This document shows positions 37,601-49,950 of a stretch of DNA of 64,000 bases, piece after piece; position 1 is the first letter of the stretch; every line of letters begins with the position of its first letter. The notes beneath the pieces are model-generated. The model was not told the DNA's origin. It did no database searches and saw only the letters and a list, made by a program, of their open reading frames with translations. Both the position numbers and the translations under genes were made by a program. Source of the stretch: Callorhinchus milii (lineage: Eukaryota); contig NW_024704743.1 in NCBI RefSeq assembly GCF_018977255.1, positions 62,002,001 to 62,066,000 on the forward strand, read 5' to 3'.

Positions 37601-39444
37601 CCTTGCATTTGATATTGATTCAAATTTGATTGCATTTGAATTGACCGTATATTTTGTGGGCGAAATGCAGCAGCCAATTGTGCAAAGCAGTGTCCCACAA
37701 ACAGTTGTGGATTGAAGTGACCAATTTATTACTTTTTTTAAAGGAATTATTACCCCCGGAAAAGTGATCCGCCAATCAACTAACAACCAGGTTCCTACTT
37801 ACTGATAAGTAAACAGGCGTGTGGAGTAAGGAAACTTGCCCAACATTTTGTTCCGCCGGGAATCAAACCCAGGTCTCTTGCTTGCGAGTCGAGTGCTCTA
37901 ACGCTGCGCTACAGGACTGCAGAATTAATAACAACAACATGCATTTATATTGCGCCCCTGACTCAGGGTAGCGTCCCAGAATGCTTAATTAAACAGGAAA
38001 ACTCACCTTCCAACTGTTGCAGAAAGTAGGGGCTAAAAACTTTAGCTACAAAGTTCACAGGAAAGCGTTCAATCAATATGCATGAATGGAGGAGGTTCAG
38101 TAGTGCGTGTGGTTGAAACTGTGAAAAACGTCTCCTCAAAATGTTTTCAACCTTTCGAAAGAGTTGGCCTGCAGTCGACGGCAGGTAGTTCAGCTCACCA
38201 AAGGACATCAACTGGAGCACAATTTCTGTGGTTGTAAAATTGTCAGAGTTGTAAATAAAACTCTCTGCAACTGCATCCAAGATGGGTCGTGAAAGGATCC
38301 GGCGCCGAATGCAATACTTCATCACCTTGCTGATTGCTTGTGGCTGCATGACAAAGGCCTTTGGGGGGATATTTCTTTCTAACGCTTCAATGAAAAATCT
38401 GTCACTGTGTCCAAAGTACATTAAAGCATTCAGGACCTGTATGAGCTCCTGGTCTGAGAAATAGGGAACATGCCTGACTGAATGTTTACATAGGTTGATA
38501 ACCAAAGGGATAGCCTGAGTTTGCTTGAGGATAACCATTGCATTTAGCACATCACTTATTGCTTTTGGACGCAACTTGTAAACCAACTGAAGAGTGTGGG
38601 TGTTCATTCTATTCAGTAGCTGCTGGTACTGTCCTCCTTTGTCAATACTCGCCACCAGCAAATTATAAACCATCAACATCTCTTCAACAGTCCAGTTCAC
38701 CACTTCCTGTTTCTGAACTTGCTCCATTACTTGATTAAGCATCCTAGAGCCCAGAACTTCTAAGTCTAGCAATGCTTCACCCAGGACACACAGCTCCTCA
38801 ATGGACATCAGGCCTCTACTGAGTCGCTCATGACTTTCTGACACAAGTCGCACCATAAGAGAGCTCTGGGGCTCCACCTGCAGCTGGACGTACGCGAACA
38901 GTGCAGTCACAAGCCCCATGTCACTCAATCTTGGAGCCTCACGTTCAAACTGAAAACACAGTGCCTTGAAGACATCGTTATCCAGAAACTCAACAGGTCT
39001 TTTCTGTCCGTTTTCATCTTGCTCAACCTGTGAGATTCTCAGCAAGGCAAAGGCTGCCACAGTGTCAGACATGGAGCTCAATGAACTCAGCAGTTCGAAG
39101 ACCTGCTTAGAAGACGTACATTTTTGCAAATGTTCTAAGACACTTTGCTCATCAGTGGATATGTGCTCCTTGGTGTCCAGTTTAACACCATCCCCAGCAT
39201 CTCTATGCAGATACACTGTCCCTGTGGTGGTGCAATAAGGCTGATCTCGACTTACACAGTGGTACGTTTTCTGAGGCACCCATTGATGACAGATCTTTGG
39301 CACAGTTGGCAAAACGAATTGAGAAGACAAAATGTTATGAATGCGACGGTAAGGGTACAGCTGATGCTTCACAGTTTGAAGAAAACATTCCGCTTGTATC
39401 TTGGAAGAATGAAGCTTAACCAGTCTTAGAAGCTTAAAAGCCAT
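31650..39444 (-). CDS. FASTKD3: FAST kinase domain-containing protein 3, mitochondrial (RAP domain), 6 coding exons, 660 aa
   Basis: complement join(39444-38007,36455-36370,33978-33804,32492-32423,32115-32001,31748-31650) = 1983 nt. Motifs FKALCFQFE, VRHVPYF, FGELNYLP, RAQLTQLF..LECPFY, LLGARNYF..VLTPYCYTLDVEIKLDEEG, RIALCID, GKEAIKQRQLQLLGYDVVQIPFHE. Acceptor at 39475-39476 just upstream of the ATG. Confidence 0.96.
33035..33466 (-). mobile_element. Old, internally deleted L2 fragment
   Basis: Minus strand begins ccctcttttctccaagttgctggaacaaatcattgcttcccagctc (SKLLEQIIASQL), then jumps to the GLFHVP region and the L2-type tail. Confidence 0.6.
34943..35340 (-). mobile_element. L2-clade LINE 3' fragment
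   Basis: DFKILTLVFKSLHS...AFSHYAPRLWNSLP on the minus strand; (TTG)n tail. Confidence 0.85.
35741..36060 (-). mobile_element. Young tRNA-derived SINE (subfamily with L2-identical tail)
   Basis: Near-identical to 52043-52360 and 59251-59564; tail gggacgtcctcccgacgtgaaaagcgctatatcaaatgcaagg(att)n. Confidence 0.9.
37592..37920 (-). mobile_element. tRNA-derived SINE
   Basis: Same head, body and tail as the other copies. Confidence 0.85.
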
Positions 39445-39751
39445 AACAACTCCAGGACTCCAACTTCCAGTCACCTGTTGTGAAAAGAGAGAACAAAATG
39501 ATTGCAGTTAATAAAATTGCAAATGCCGTGGCTGCCTCAGTCAACGGCTTCAATATAAAAGAGACTTTCTCTTCTCTGGAAGATGTAATAATGATATTAA
39601 AGACTTTCGCTAACTCCAGCGTCCAGAGACTAGTCCAGTCCAGACAACAGACAACATTAGAGACTTTCTCCCTCCCGGATTGTTTAATAACAATATTAAA
39701 GACTCTATCCTCCAGATTGTACAATAATGATATCACTGACCCTCACTCTGT

Positions 39752-42700
39752 CTATACACAGTGTAATGATGTTACACAGTGACTATACACAGTGTAATGA
39801 TGTTACACAGTGACTATACACAGTGTAATGATGTTACACAGTGACTATACACAGTGTAATGGTGTTACACAGTGACTATACAGTGTAATGATGTTATACA
39901 CAGTGTAATGGTGTTACACAGTGACTATACAGTGTAATGATGTTATACACAGTGTAATGATGTTACAGTGACTATACACAGTGTAATGATGTTATACACA
40001 GTGTAATGGTGTTACACAGTGACTATACAGTGTAATGATGTTATACACAGTGTAATGGTGTTATACACAGTGTAATGGTGTTACACAGTGACTATACACA
40101 GTGTAATGATGTTACACAGTGACTATACACAGTGTAATGATGTTACACAGTGACTATACACAGTGTAATGGTGTTACACAGTGACTATACAGTGTAATGG
40201 TGTTACACAGTGACTATACAGTGTAATGATGTTATACACAGTGTAATGATGTTACAGTGACTATACACAGTGTAATGATGTTATACACAGTGTAATGATG
40301 TTATACACAGTGTAATGGTGTTACACAGTGACTATACACAGTGTAATGATGTTATACACAGTGTAATGGTGTTATACACAGTGTAATGGTGTTACACAGT
40401 GACTATACACAGTGTAATGATGTTATACACAGTGTAATGGTGTTATACACAGTGTAATGGTGTTACACAGTGACTATACACAGTGTAATGGTGTTACACA
40501 GTGACTATACACAGTGTAATGGTGTTACACAGTGACTATACAGTGTAATGATGTTATACACAGTGTAATGGTGTTACACAGTGACTATACACAGTGTAAT
40601 GATGTTACACAGTGACTATACACAGTGTAATGATGTTACACAGTGACTATACACAGTGTAATGATGTTACACAGTGACTATACACAGTGTAATGGTGTTA
40701 CACAGTGACTATACACAGTGTAATGATGTTACACAGTGACTATACACAGTGTAATGGTGTTACACAGTGACTATACACAGTGTAATGATGTTACACAGTG
40801 ACTATACACAGTGTAATGGTGTTACACAGTGACTATACAGTGTAATGATGTTATACACAGTGTAATGGTGTTACACAGTGACTATACAGTGTAATGATGT
40901 TATACACAGTGTAATGGTGTTACACAGTGACTATACACAGTGTAATGATGTTACACAGTGACTATACACAGTGTAATGATGTTACACAGTGACTATACAC
41001 AGTGTAATGGTGTTACACAGTGACTATACAGTGTAATGATGTTATACACAGTGTAATGGTGTTACACAGTGACTATAGACAGTGTAATGTTATACACAGT
41101 GTAATGATGTTATACACAGTGACTATACACAGTGTAATGGTGTTACACAGTGACTATACACAGTGTAATGGTGTTACACAGTGACTATACACAGTGTAAT
41201 GATGTTACACAGTGACTATACACAGTGTAATGATGTTACACAGTGACTATACACAGTGTAATGGTATTACACAGTGACTGTACACAGTGTAATGGTATTA
41301 CACAGTGACTATACAGTGTAATGGTGTTACACAGTGACTATACAGTGTAATGATGTTATACACAGTGTAATGGTGTTACACAGTGACTATACAGTGTAAT
41401 GATGTTATACACAGTGTAATGGTGTTACACAGTGACTATACACAGTGTAATGATGTTATACACAGTGTAATGATGTTACACAGTGACTATACACAGTGTA
41501 ATGATGTTACACAGTGACTATACACAGTGTAATGGTGTTACACAGTGACTATACACAGTGTAATGGTGTTACACAGTGACTATACACAGTGTAATGATGT
41601 TACACAGTGACTATACACAGTGTAATGGTGTTACACAGTGACTATACACAGTGTAATGTGTTACACAGTGACTATACACAGTGTAATGGTGTTACACAGT
41701 GACTATACACAGTGTAATGGTGTTACACAGTGACTATACACAGTGTAATGATGTTACACAGTGACTATACACAGTGTAATGATGTTACACAGTGACTATA
41801 CACAGTGTAATGGTGTTACACAGTGACTATACACAGTGTAATGATGTTACACAGTGACTATACACAGTGTAATGATGTTACACAGTGACTATACACAGTG
41901 TAATGGTGTTACACAGTGACTATACACAGTGTAATGATGTTACACAGTGACTATACAGTGTAATGATGTTACACAGTGACTATACACAGTGTAATGTGTT
42001 ACACAGTGACTATACAGTGTAATGTGTTACACAGTGAATACACAGTGTAATGGATGTTACACAGTGACTATGCACAGTGTAATGATGTTACACAGTGACT
42101 ATACAGTGTAATGATGTTACACAGTGACTATACAGTGTAATGATGTTACACAGTGACTATACACAGTGTAATGATGTTACACAGTGACTATAACAGTGTA
42201 ATGGTGTTACACAGTGACTATACCAGTGTAATGTGTTACACAGTGACTATACAGTGTAATGATGTTACACAGTGACTATACACTGTGTAATGGTGTTACA
42301 CAGTGACTATACAGTGTAATGATGTTACACAGTGACTATACAGTGTAATGATGTTACACAGTGACTATACAGTGTAATGATGTTATACAGTGACTATACA
42401 CAGTGTAATGATGTTACACAGTGACTATACAGTGTAATGATGTTACACAGTGACTATACAGTGTAATGATGTTACACAGTGACTATACACAGTGTAATGG
42501 TGTTACACAGTGACTATACACAGTGTATTTGGTGTTACACAGTGACTATACAGTGTAATGATGTTATACAGTGACTATACACAGTGTAATGGTGTTACAC
42601 AGTGACTATACACAGTGTAATGATGTTACACAGTGACTATACAGTGTAATGATGTTACACAGTGACTATACAGTGTAATGATGTTATACAGTGACTATAC

Positions 42701-42951
42701 ACAGTGTAATGATGTTACACAGTGACTATACAGTGTAATGATGTTACACAGTGACTATACAGTGTAATGATGTTACACAGTGACTATACACAGTGTAATG
42801 GTGTTACACAGTGACTATACACAGTGTATTGGTGTTACACAGTGACTATACAGTGTAATGATGTTATACAGTGACTATACACAGTGTAATGGTGTTACAC
42901 AGTGACTATACAGTGTAATGGTGTTACACAGTGACTATACAGTGTAATGAT
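39752..42951. repeat. 3.2-kb minisatellite, ~29-31-bp unit ACACAGTGTAATG(A/G)TGTTACACAGTGACTAT
   Basis: Roughly 100 tandem units directly visible, upstream of the FASTKD3 first coding exon. Confidence 0.98.
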
Positions 42952-42975
42952 TGGGGTTTTATTGGGTTTTCTCAC

Positions 42976-43060
42976 CAGTTTCTGCTCCAGTGGCGGGTGG
43001 CTGCAGTGCGCATGCTCGGGGAGTGGCCGACTGAAGCACCATCCCGGAGTTGACTCTTTG
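42976..43060 (-). promoter_or_regulatory. Candidate FASTKD3 non-coding first exon/promoter with NRF1-like motif
   Basis: CpG-containing islet; TGCGCATGCT at 43007-43016; minus-strand donor CTG|GTGAGA at 42976/42975. Confidence 0.45.
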
Positions 43061-43980
43061 CCGCCAGTGCCCCCCCTCACCCCCTGCCCCCCCGCCCCGC
43101 CCAGTGCCCCCCCCCCCCTCCCCCCTCCCCCCTGCCCCCCCCCCGCCCAGTGCCCCCCCCCTCCCCCTCCCCCCCTGCCCCCCCCCGCCCGCCCAGTGCC
43201 CCCCCCCTCCCCCTCCCCCCCTGCCCCCCCCCCGCCCAGTGCCCCCCCCTCCCCCTCCCCCCCTGCCCCCCCCCGCCCAGTGCCCCCCCCCTCCCCCTCC
43301 CCCCCTGCCCCCCCCCGCCCAGTGCCCCCCCCTCCCCCTCCCCCCCTGCCCCCCCCCGCCCAGTGCCCCCCCCCTCCCCCTCCCCCCTGCCCCCCCCCCG
43401 CCCAGTGCCCCCCCCCTCCCCCTCCCCCCCTGCCCCCCCCCGCCCAGTGCCCCCCCCCGCCCCGCCCCCCCTGCCCCCCCCCCGCCCTGCCCTGCCCCCC
43501 CTCACCCTCCCCGCCCCCCCCTCCCCCTGCCCTGCCCAGTGCCCCTCCCTGCCCTGCCCAGTGCCAGCCCTGCCCTGTGCCAGCCCTGCCCAGTGCCAGC
43601 CCTGCCCAGTGCCAGCCCTGCCCTGTGCCAGCCCTGCCCAGTGCCAGCCCTGCCCAGTGCCAGCCCTGCCCTGTGCCAGCCCTGCCCAGTGCCAGCCCTG
43701 CCCAGTGCCAGCCCTGCCCTGTGCCAGCCCTGCCCAGTGCCAGCCCTGCCCAGTGCCAGCCCTGCCCAGTGCCAGCCCTGCCCAGTGCCAGCCCTGCCCT
43801 GTGCCAGCCCTGCCCAGTGCCAGCCCTGCCCTGTGCCAGCCCTGCCCTGTGCCAGCCCTGCCCAGTGCCAGCCCTGCCCTGTGCCAGCCCTGCCCAGTGC
43901 CAGCCCTGCCCTGTGCCAGCCCTGCCCAGTGCCAGCCCTGCCCAGTGCCAGCCCTGCCCTGTGCCAGCCCTGCCCGCCCT
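43060..43980. repeat. C-rich tandem array grading into a 15-bp (CAGTGCCAGCCCTGC-type) repeat
   Basis: Directly visible; G-run rich on the minus strand. Confidence 0.95.
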
Positions 43981-46900
43981 CTGACACTGAGCCCAATATG
44001 GCAATCAACTGCACACTATGCTCCTGTAGAACAGAGACTTTACACTGTTTACTGTACAATTAATGCATTTAAAAAGAAACAGTAATAACTTTTAATAACA
44101 AAAATGTTATAAGCACTCTTCCCTCTGAGAAGAGACAGATTGTCTTGGACCATATAATCTTCAGGATGATGTTCAGATATAGTGCTTGTTAGAAAATAAA
44201 ATCAGCCAAATCTGCAAGGAAATGACGCTAATTCCTCTAACCAGATATCAGACTGTTTTATTATAATTTGTTCGTTATTCCCCAATATCCCGATGGGTCA
44301 GACCAAAGGCCGGTACAACCAATAGATCTTATAACAGAATAACACCACTATAGATATCTCGAGTTCAAGAGTGCAACACTGTGTCTTTCCAGCACACAAG
44401 CTTGATTCTTCATGCTCTCAGTCTTCCTGCTTACAGCTTTCAATCTTCCATCTGATATCCTCAGTCTTAGTGTTTCCATCTCTCATTCTTCCATCTCTGT
44501 ATCCTTGTCTCCACGACCCGGGACGGCTCCATCTCCCGTATCCTTGTCTCCGCGACCCGGGACGGCCCCGTACACAAAGTTATCGGAACTCTTATACCAA
44601 TATTCATCCAATCATGGTGTGGATATTAGATCACCTGTCGAAATCATGCCGGGTTCACGTGAACATCTCATGGGGTGTACGTGCCTCACACACACAAACA
44701 CACTGTCCTTGAGACAGTCCGTTATCTCGTGTACGTGTAGGGAGTTTCAGTCCAGCTGCCCATAACACACTTAACTTAAAAGTTAACCCGTTCGCAACAT
44801 CTGTTATGATTCTAACATTATACAAAAAGTGTAAATTGTAACATGCTGGAAAAGGGGCCAACCTTTGTTTAAGAGGTTAAAGCAAGGTCCCGTCTGCCTG
44901 TTCAGGTCAATGTTAAAATCCAGTGGCTTTATTTGAAAAAAGAAGGGAGTTTCTCCCGGTGTTTTGACCCACAACAATAATAATATACAATATTAATCCT
45001 TGCATTTGGTATAGCACCTTTAATGCTGGGAGCACGTCCCAAAGCGCTTTACAGGGTATATATTGTAAAGTGGAATGACTATTATTTTAATTTTATAATA
45101 CAAAATATATAATACTGTCAACGTCTTGGGAAATCCTCCTGACGTGAAAGGCGCTATACAAATGTAATTTTGTTGTTGTTTATTGCATAACAAGCTTCCG
45201 CCAGAGAAATTGGTCATTCACTTTTTAGCTGTTTGTGGACATTGCTGTGCGCAAATTGTCTGTCACGTTTGTGTACAAAATAATAATAATAATCCTTGCA
45301 TTTGATGAAGCACTTTTCACATCTTCTAGACGTCTCAAAGCGCTTCACAGAATAGACTGTAAAGTGAATTGACTGTATATTTGCGGCTGAAATGCGGCAG
45401 CCAATACAAAGTCACTACACTTTACAGTAAATGCTGTGAAGCGCTTTGAAACATCCTCCTGACATAAAAGCTGCTATATCAAATGCAAGGATTATTATTC
45501 TAAGAAAATGTGCAGTCATTTTGTTTGTGGGAAACAGGTGTCTATGCATTGCAGAATAAGGTTAAATTCAAAAGACACATTTGAAAATGTTTTTTTCTCA
45601 ATAAATTCAGTGTGTCCAATTATTTTTTAAAATTTGGTCTGAATGGAACATAAAGAAATTGAATATTTTATAAGTATTGCTGCCCTGGTGTGCTTTGATA
45701 AGTGAGAACTACGTCACACACTGTGCATGCCATCAGCTGATAAACAGCACTGCGTATCTGGAACCACAAATTCTGATGAATATCAATTCGCGGATTACAG
45801 TCTACGTTAAACTGATGAATGTTTTCTCAGGGAACGCTATGTTCTAAACATGCACCTTGCTATAATTTTGAACAACAACTAGAGTACTATTTCTAAAGTC
45901 CAATGACATTTTGTGAATCTCCCCTCAATATGGACTTTAAAGTATGATGTTACAGCAACCCTAATCTTCAACTTTTTGCAACACATTCTGGTTTGGCAAC
46001 AAGCCTCTCCGACAAAATATTTCTTTGGATATTTGAATCTCAGGCAATTTATTTCAGTTTCTGCATAGGAACAAAAATGGAACAGAAAAATAATAGATAA
46101 CAGGAATCAAAACACTTAAGTGTTTTCTTTGATCCTCAGCTCTGCTCCAGGCATTAGACTATCTCCTTTGATCTCCAGGTCATGTTCATATTTCTTCCAG
46201 AACTCGCTAAAACCCTCATGAATTAGTTTTGAGATTTGATTTCTCCAATATGTTGATGCTGGTGGAATATGAAAGGTGCTGGTATCTTTACTGATATAGC
46301 CATATTTCTTAATTTCTAATTATTCATATACAAAATACAGTCACTACATTTTACAATAAAACATGTGAAGCGCTTGGAGACATCCTCCCACTGTAACGAA
46401 TCTAAGAATTATTTCTCATTTTGTGAAGTCCTTTGAAATATTTGTTTGCCTGTGAGGCATTATATGAATACAACTGGCTATTATATCATTAATATAAATA
46501 AAACTTGAACCTATGGAGATTACGATCAAAACATTTTCCTCACTACACAAGATTCCCTCCTATTACAAAACACAGTACAATTACCAGAATATTTTTGTAC
46601 GTGCGACACTTGGTATGTACTTCCACTATCAATAACAGCTGGTCAGTGAATCTCTTGAGTTTCTGTGATGCATGTAATCTTATCCAACAACAAATATGTT
46701 TCTATACACTCTCTTGGAGTAGCTAAGGAGAAAATATAGTCTACTGAGGCACAGTCAAGGAGAATGTATCAATTCAACCAAAAGCTGCAATGTTAAAAAC
46801 TAGACAAAAGCAGAATTCTCAGTGCCACATTGAAACAGAGTATTTACATGAGAAACAGAAATGTGCACTGATCGATTAAAGCAACAGAATTGGAACCACA

Positions 46901-47192
46901 TGTGATAAGTCACTTTATAGCCAATTTCTTATCCCCTCAACCCAAGTTACTATTTCATCGCTCATGACCATTGTTCTTAGGTGAGAATTTATTGGCAGGC
47001 TCTTTAACCATGGTGAACATCAAAGCTAACTCAATTTTCCAAGAAAGGTCAATCCACAGAGAATCGGAAGCTTAACTACAGTCATTTTCCTCCTTCTATG
47101 AGCACTTAGATCAATTGTTTTGCCACTACTGAATGATTAACCAGACTGAGACTAGCTAACTCAGTATAGACCAGGATTAGAACCGGCATAGC

Positions 47193-47535
<343 letters not shown>

Positions 47536-48474
47536 AATATTCCTGGCATTTGATATAGTGCCTTATCACGTTGTTGAGATGTCTCAAAATGCTTCAAAGG
47601 ACATACTGCAAAGTGGATTGACTATGTATTTTGTGAGCAAAACGGGGCAGACAGTGTTGCATACGGTAGTTTCCCACAAACAGCCATGTGAAGTGAATGA
47701 CCAATTTTATATTGCATGTTGGCCTGGACATTGGGAAATACTTCCTTCTTTTTTGAATAGTGCTATAGGATCTTCGGCAAATGGGTTTAATGTCTCATCC
47801 AAAAGATGGCACCCCTGACAATGTAACAACCTCTCAGCACTGCACTGGGGGGTCAGCTTGGACTATGTGTTTCCAAGTCCCAATGTGGGGCTTGAACTCA
47901 CAGCCTTCTGACTCAGAGACGAAAGTGAGCCAGACTGACACTGCAATCTACTGTACCTACTGTCTAAATCCACTTATCTACTGTATTGGGGAAGTTAACA
48001 CAACTCTTTATATAAAGGTACATCTCATATCACATTAAAGAAAAAATCATGAAAGTCTATGTGTAGCCAGAGAAATATGACACCAAGGAAAAGACAGTTA
48101 AGATGTATGTAGGGCAGATGCTCTGACTGGAGAGTGAATATAAGTGCATTAACATTCCACACTGTTTCTCAGTGAAATCGAGACACTGATATTGAGCAGG
48201 GCAAAGCTAAACAAGTCTGCTACTGAGTCTACAACAAATGGTGTTGCTTCGATTATATATCTGATGCATGCCAAACTAGCAAAAATAAATGGCTTGAAAT
48301 TTGACTTGCTGAACAGTCTCTGAAACATAAATCAGGAGGGCCTGGAAATACACTGGGCCAAAGGCCAGCTTGGCTCAGTTGGTAGCACACTTGCCTGTAA
48401 GTTAAAATATTGTCAGTTTAAACCCCACATTGGGACTTTGGCATCCAAGGCCAACTTACTCATTGTATAATGCA

Positions 48475-48760
48475 TTAGAGGATTTTTTTTGATTTGCCAA
48501 GTGACCAATATACGGAAACCTGTCACCATGTTTAAGAATAACCAAATCAGATCGGGTGTTCCATGTGTGCCACCGACATATGGAAATTCCCAAGTCTGGA
48601 ATGGAATGCGCACTCTCTCATTTGAGCGATGCATCCCGTTCACCTAATTCTGGAGAGAGTTACTAGGTGCAGTTCTGGAGTCCCCGAGAGCCAGAGTATT
48701 AGGCGCGGGTTGGCAAGAGTCAAGCCTTGGGGACCCCAGGGTGTGCTCTGGGGTGCTGCT
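48475..48760. repeat. Unclassified interspersed repeat, copy 2 of 3 (opposite orientation)
   Basis: Reverse complement aligns with 63520-63785 and 14335-14560. Confidence 0.6.
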
Positions 48761-48899
48761 GACCGGCTACAACTGCACAGCTCGCCATTGAGAGCCCTGC
48801 GGGCTGGCAAGCCTTCCCACTTGCTTGTCCAGCCGGGACCAGGGCTTTGGTTTGCGGGGTTCCCGGGAGCTGAGCGGGAAGAATGCCTGTCCGCAGCGA

Positions 48900-49230
48900 C
48901 TGACGGGTTTGCCCTGCGGAGCCCGAGCCGAGCCCGAGCCCGAGCCCGAGCCCTGCTGAGGAGCCCAGGCTGCGGCTGCCTGCACTGGGCGGTCAGGGAC
49001 CTGTCAGTCACCCTCACCCTCACGATCCGGGCCAACATTCCGCGGACTGCTGTCAATCAACTCCGCGTCCCGCCCCCCCCCCCGAGCCGCCCTGCTCACT
49101 ACGCTGATTGGTCGGCCTCGCCGTCAATCAGGGCGCCGGTGACTTCCGGTGTGGGCGGGGTGGGGCAGTGTGAGGGCGCACGCGGGCGGCTGCAGACTCC
49201 GGGTCAGCGGTGGGAGTGAGTCAGGTACAG
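48900..49230 (+). promoter_or_regulatory. CpG-island promoter and probable non-coding exon 1 of MTRR
   Basis: ATTGG 49107-49111, ETS-type ACTTCCGG 49142-49149, GC box GGGCGGGG 49153-49160, candidate donor CAG|GTACAG at 49224/49225. Confidence 0.6.
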
Positions 49231-49317
49231 GCGCGCGCTTTGCGTCTCCAGCTCTGGGAGTCCAGGTGCCCAGGAGACAGTGTGAGGGGTGTAGCTGTAC
49301 CCTCTGTGTGGGAAGCC

Positions 49318-49950
49318 TGGCTCAGCCCAGCTCAGCTCAGCCCAGCCCAGCTCAGCCCGGGCTGGTGTTCCTGGGAAGCCCAGGGCAGCTCAGCCCAGCT
49401 CAGCCCAGCTCAACCCAGCCCAGCCCAGCTCAGCCCAGCCCAGCCCAGCTCAGCCCAGCCCAGCCCAGCTCAGCCCAGCCCAGCCCAGCCCAGCTCAGCC
49501 CAGCCCAGCCCAGCCCAGCTCAGCTCAGCCCAGCCCAGCCCAGCCCGAGCTGGTGTTCCTGGGAAGCCCAGGGCAGCTCAGCTCAGCCCAGCTCAGCCCA
49601 GCCCAGCCCAGCTCAGCCCAGCCCAGCCCAGCCCAGCCCAGCCCAGCCCAGCTCAGCCCAGCCCAGCCCAGCCCAGCTCAGCCCAGCCCAGCTCAGCCCA
49701 GCTCAGCCCAGCCCAGCTCAGCCCAGCCCAGCCCAGCCCAGCTCAGCCCAGCCCAGCTCAGCTCAGCCAGCCCAGCCCAGCTCAGCCCAGGCTCAGGCCC
49801 AGGGCAGCTCAGCCCAGCCCAGCTCAGCTCAGCCCAGCCCAGCCCAGCCCGGGCTGGTGTTCCTGGGAAGCCCAGGGCAGCTCAGCCCAGCCCAGCTCAG
49901 CTCAGCCCAGCCCAGCCCGGGCTGGTGTTCCTGGGAAGCCCAGGGCAGCT
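49318..49950. repeat. (CAGCC/CAGCT)n pentamer array with interspersed GCTGGTGTTCCTGGGAAGCCCAGGGCAG units
   Basis: Directly visible higher-order repeat in the presumed MTRR intron 1. Confidence 0.95.

Noticed and set aside
42895..44085. Pro/Cys-rich keratin-associated-like ORFs
   Set aside because: Products of the C-rich and 15-bp tandem arrays.
44105..44799. Possible solo LTR (TGT...ACA) containing a ~38-bp tandem duplication at 44490-44566
   Set aside because: No matching target-site duplication and no second copy in the window.
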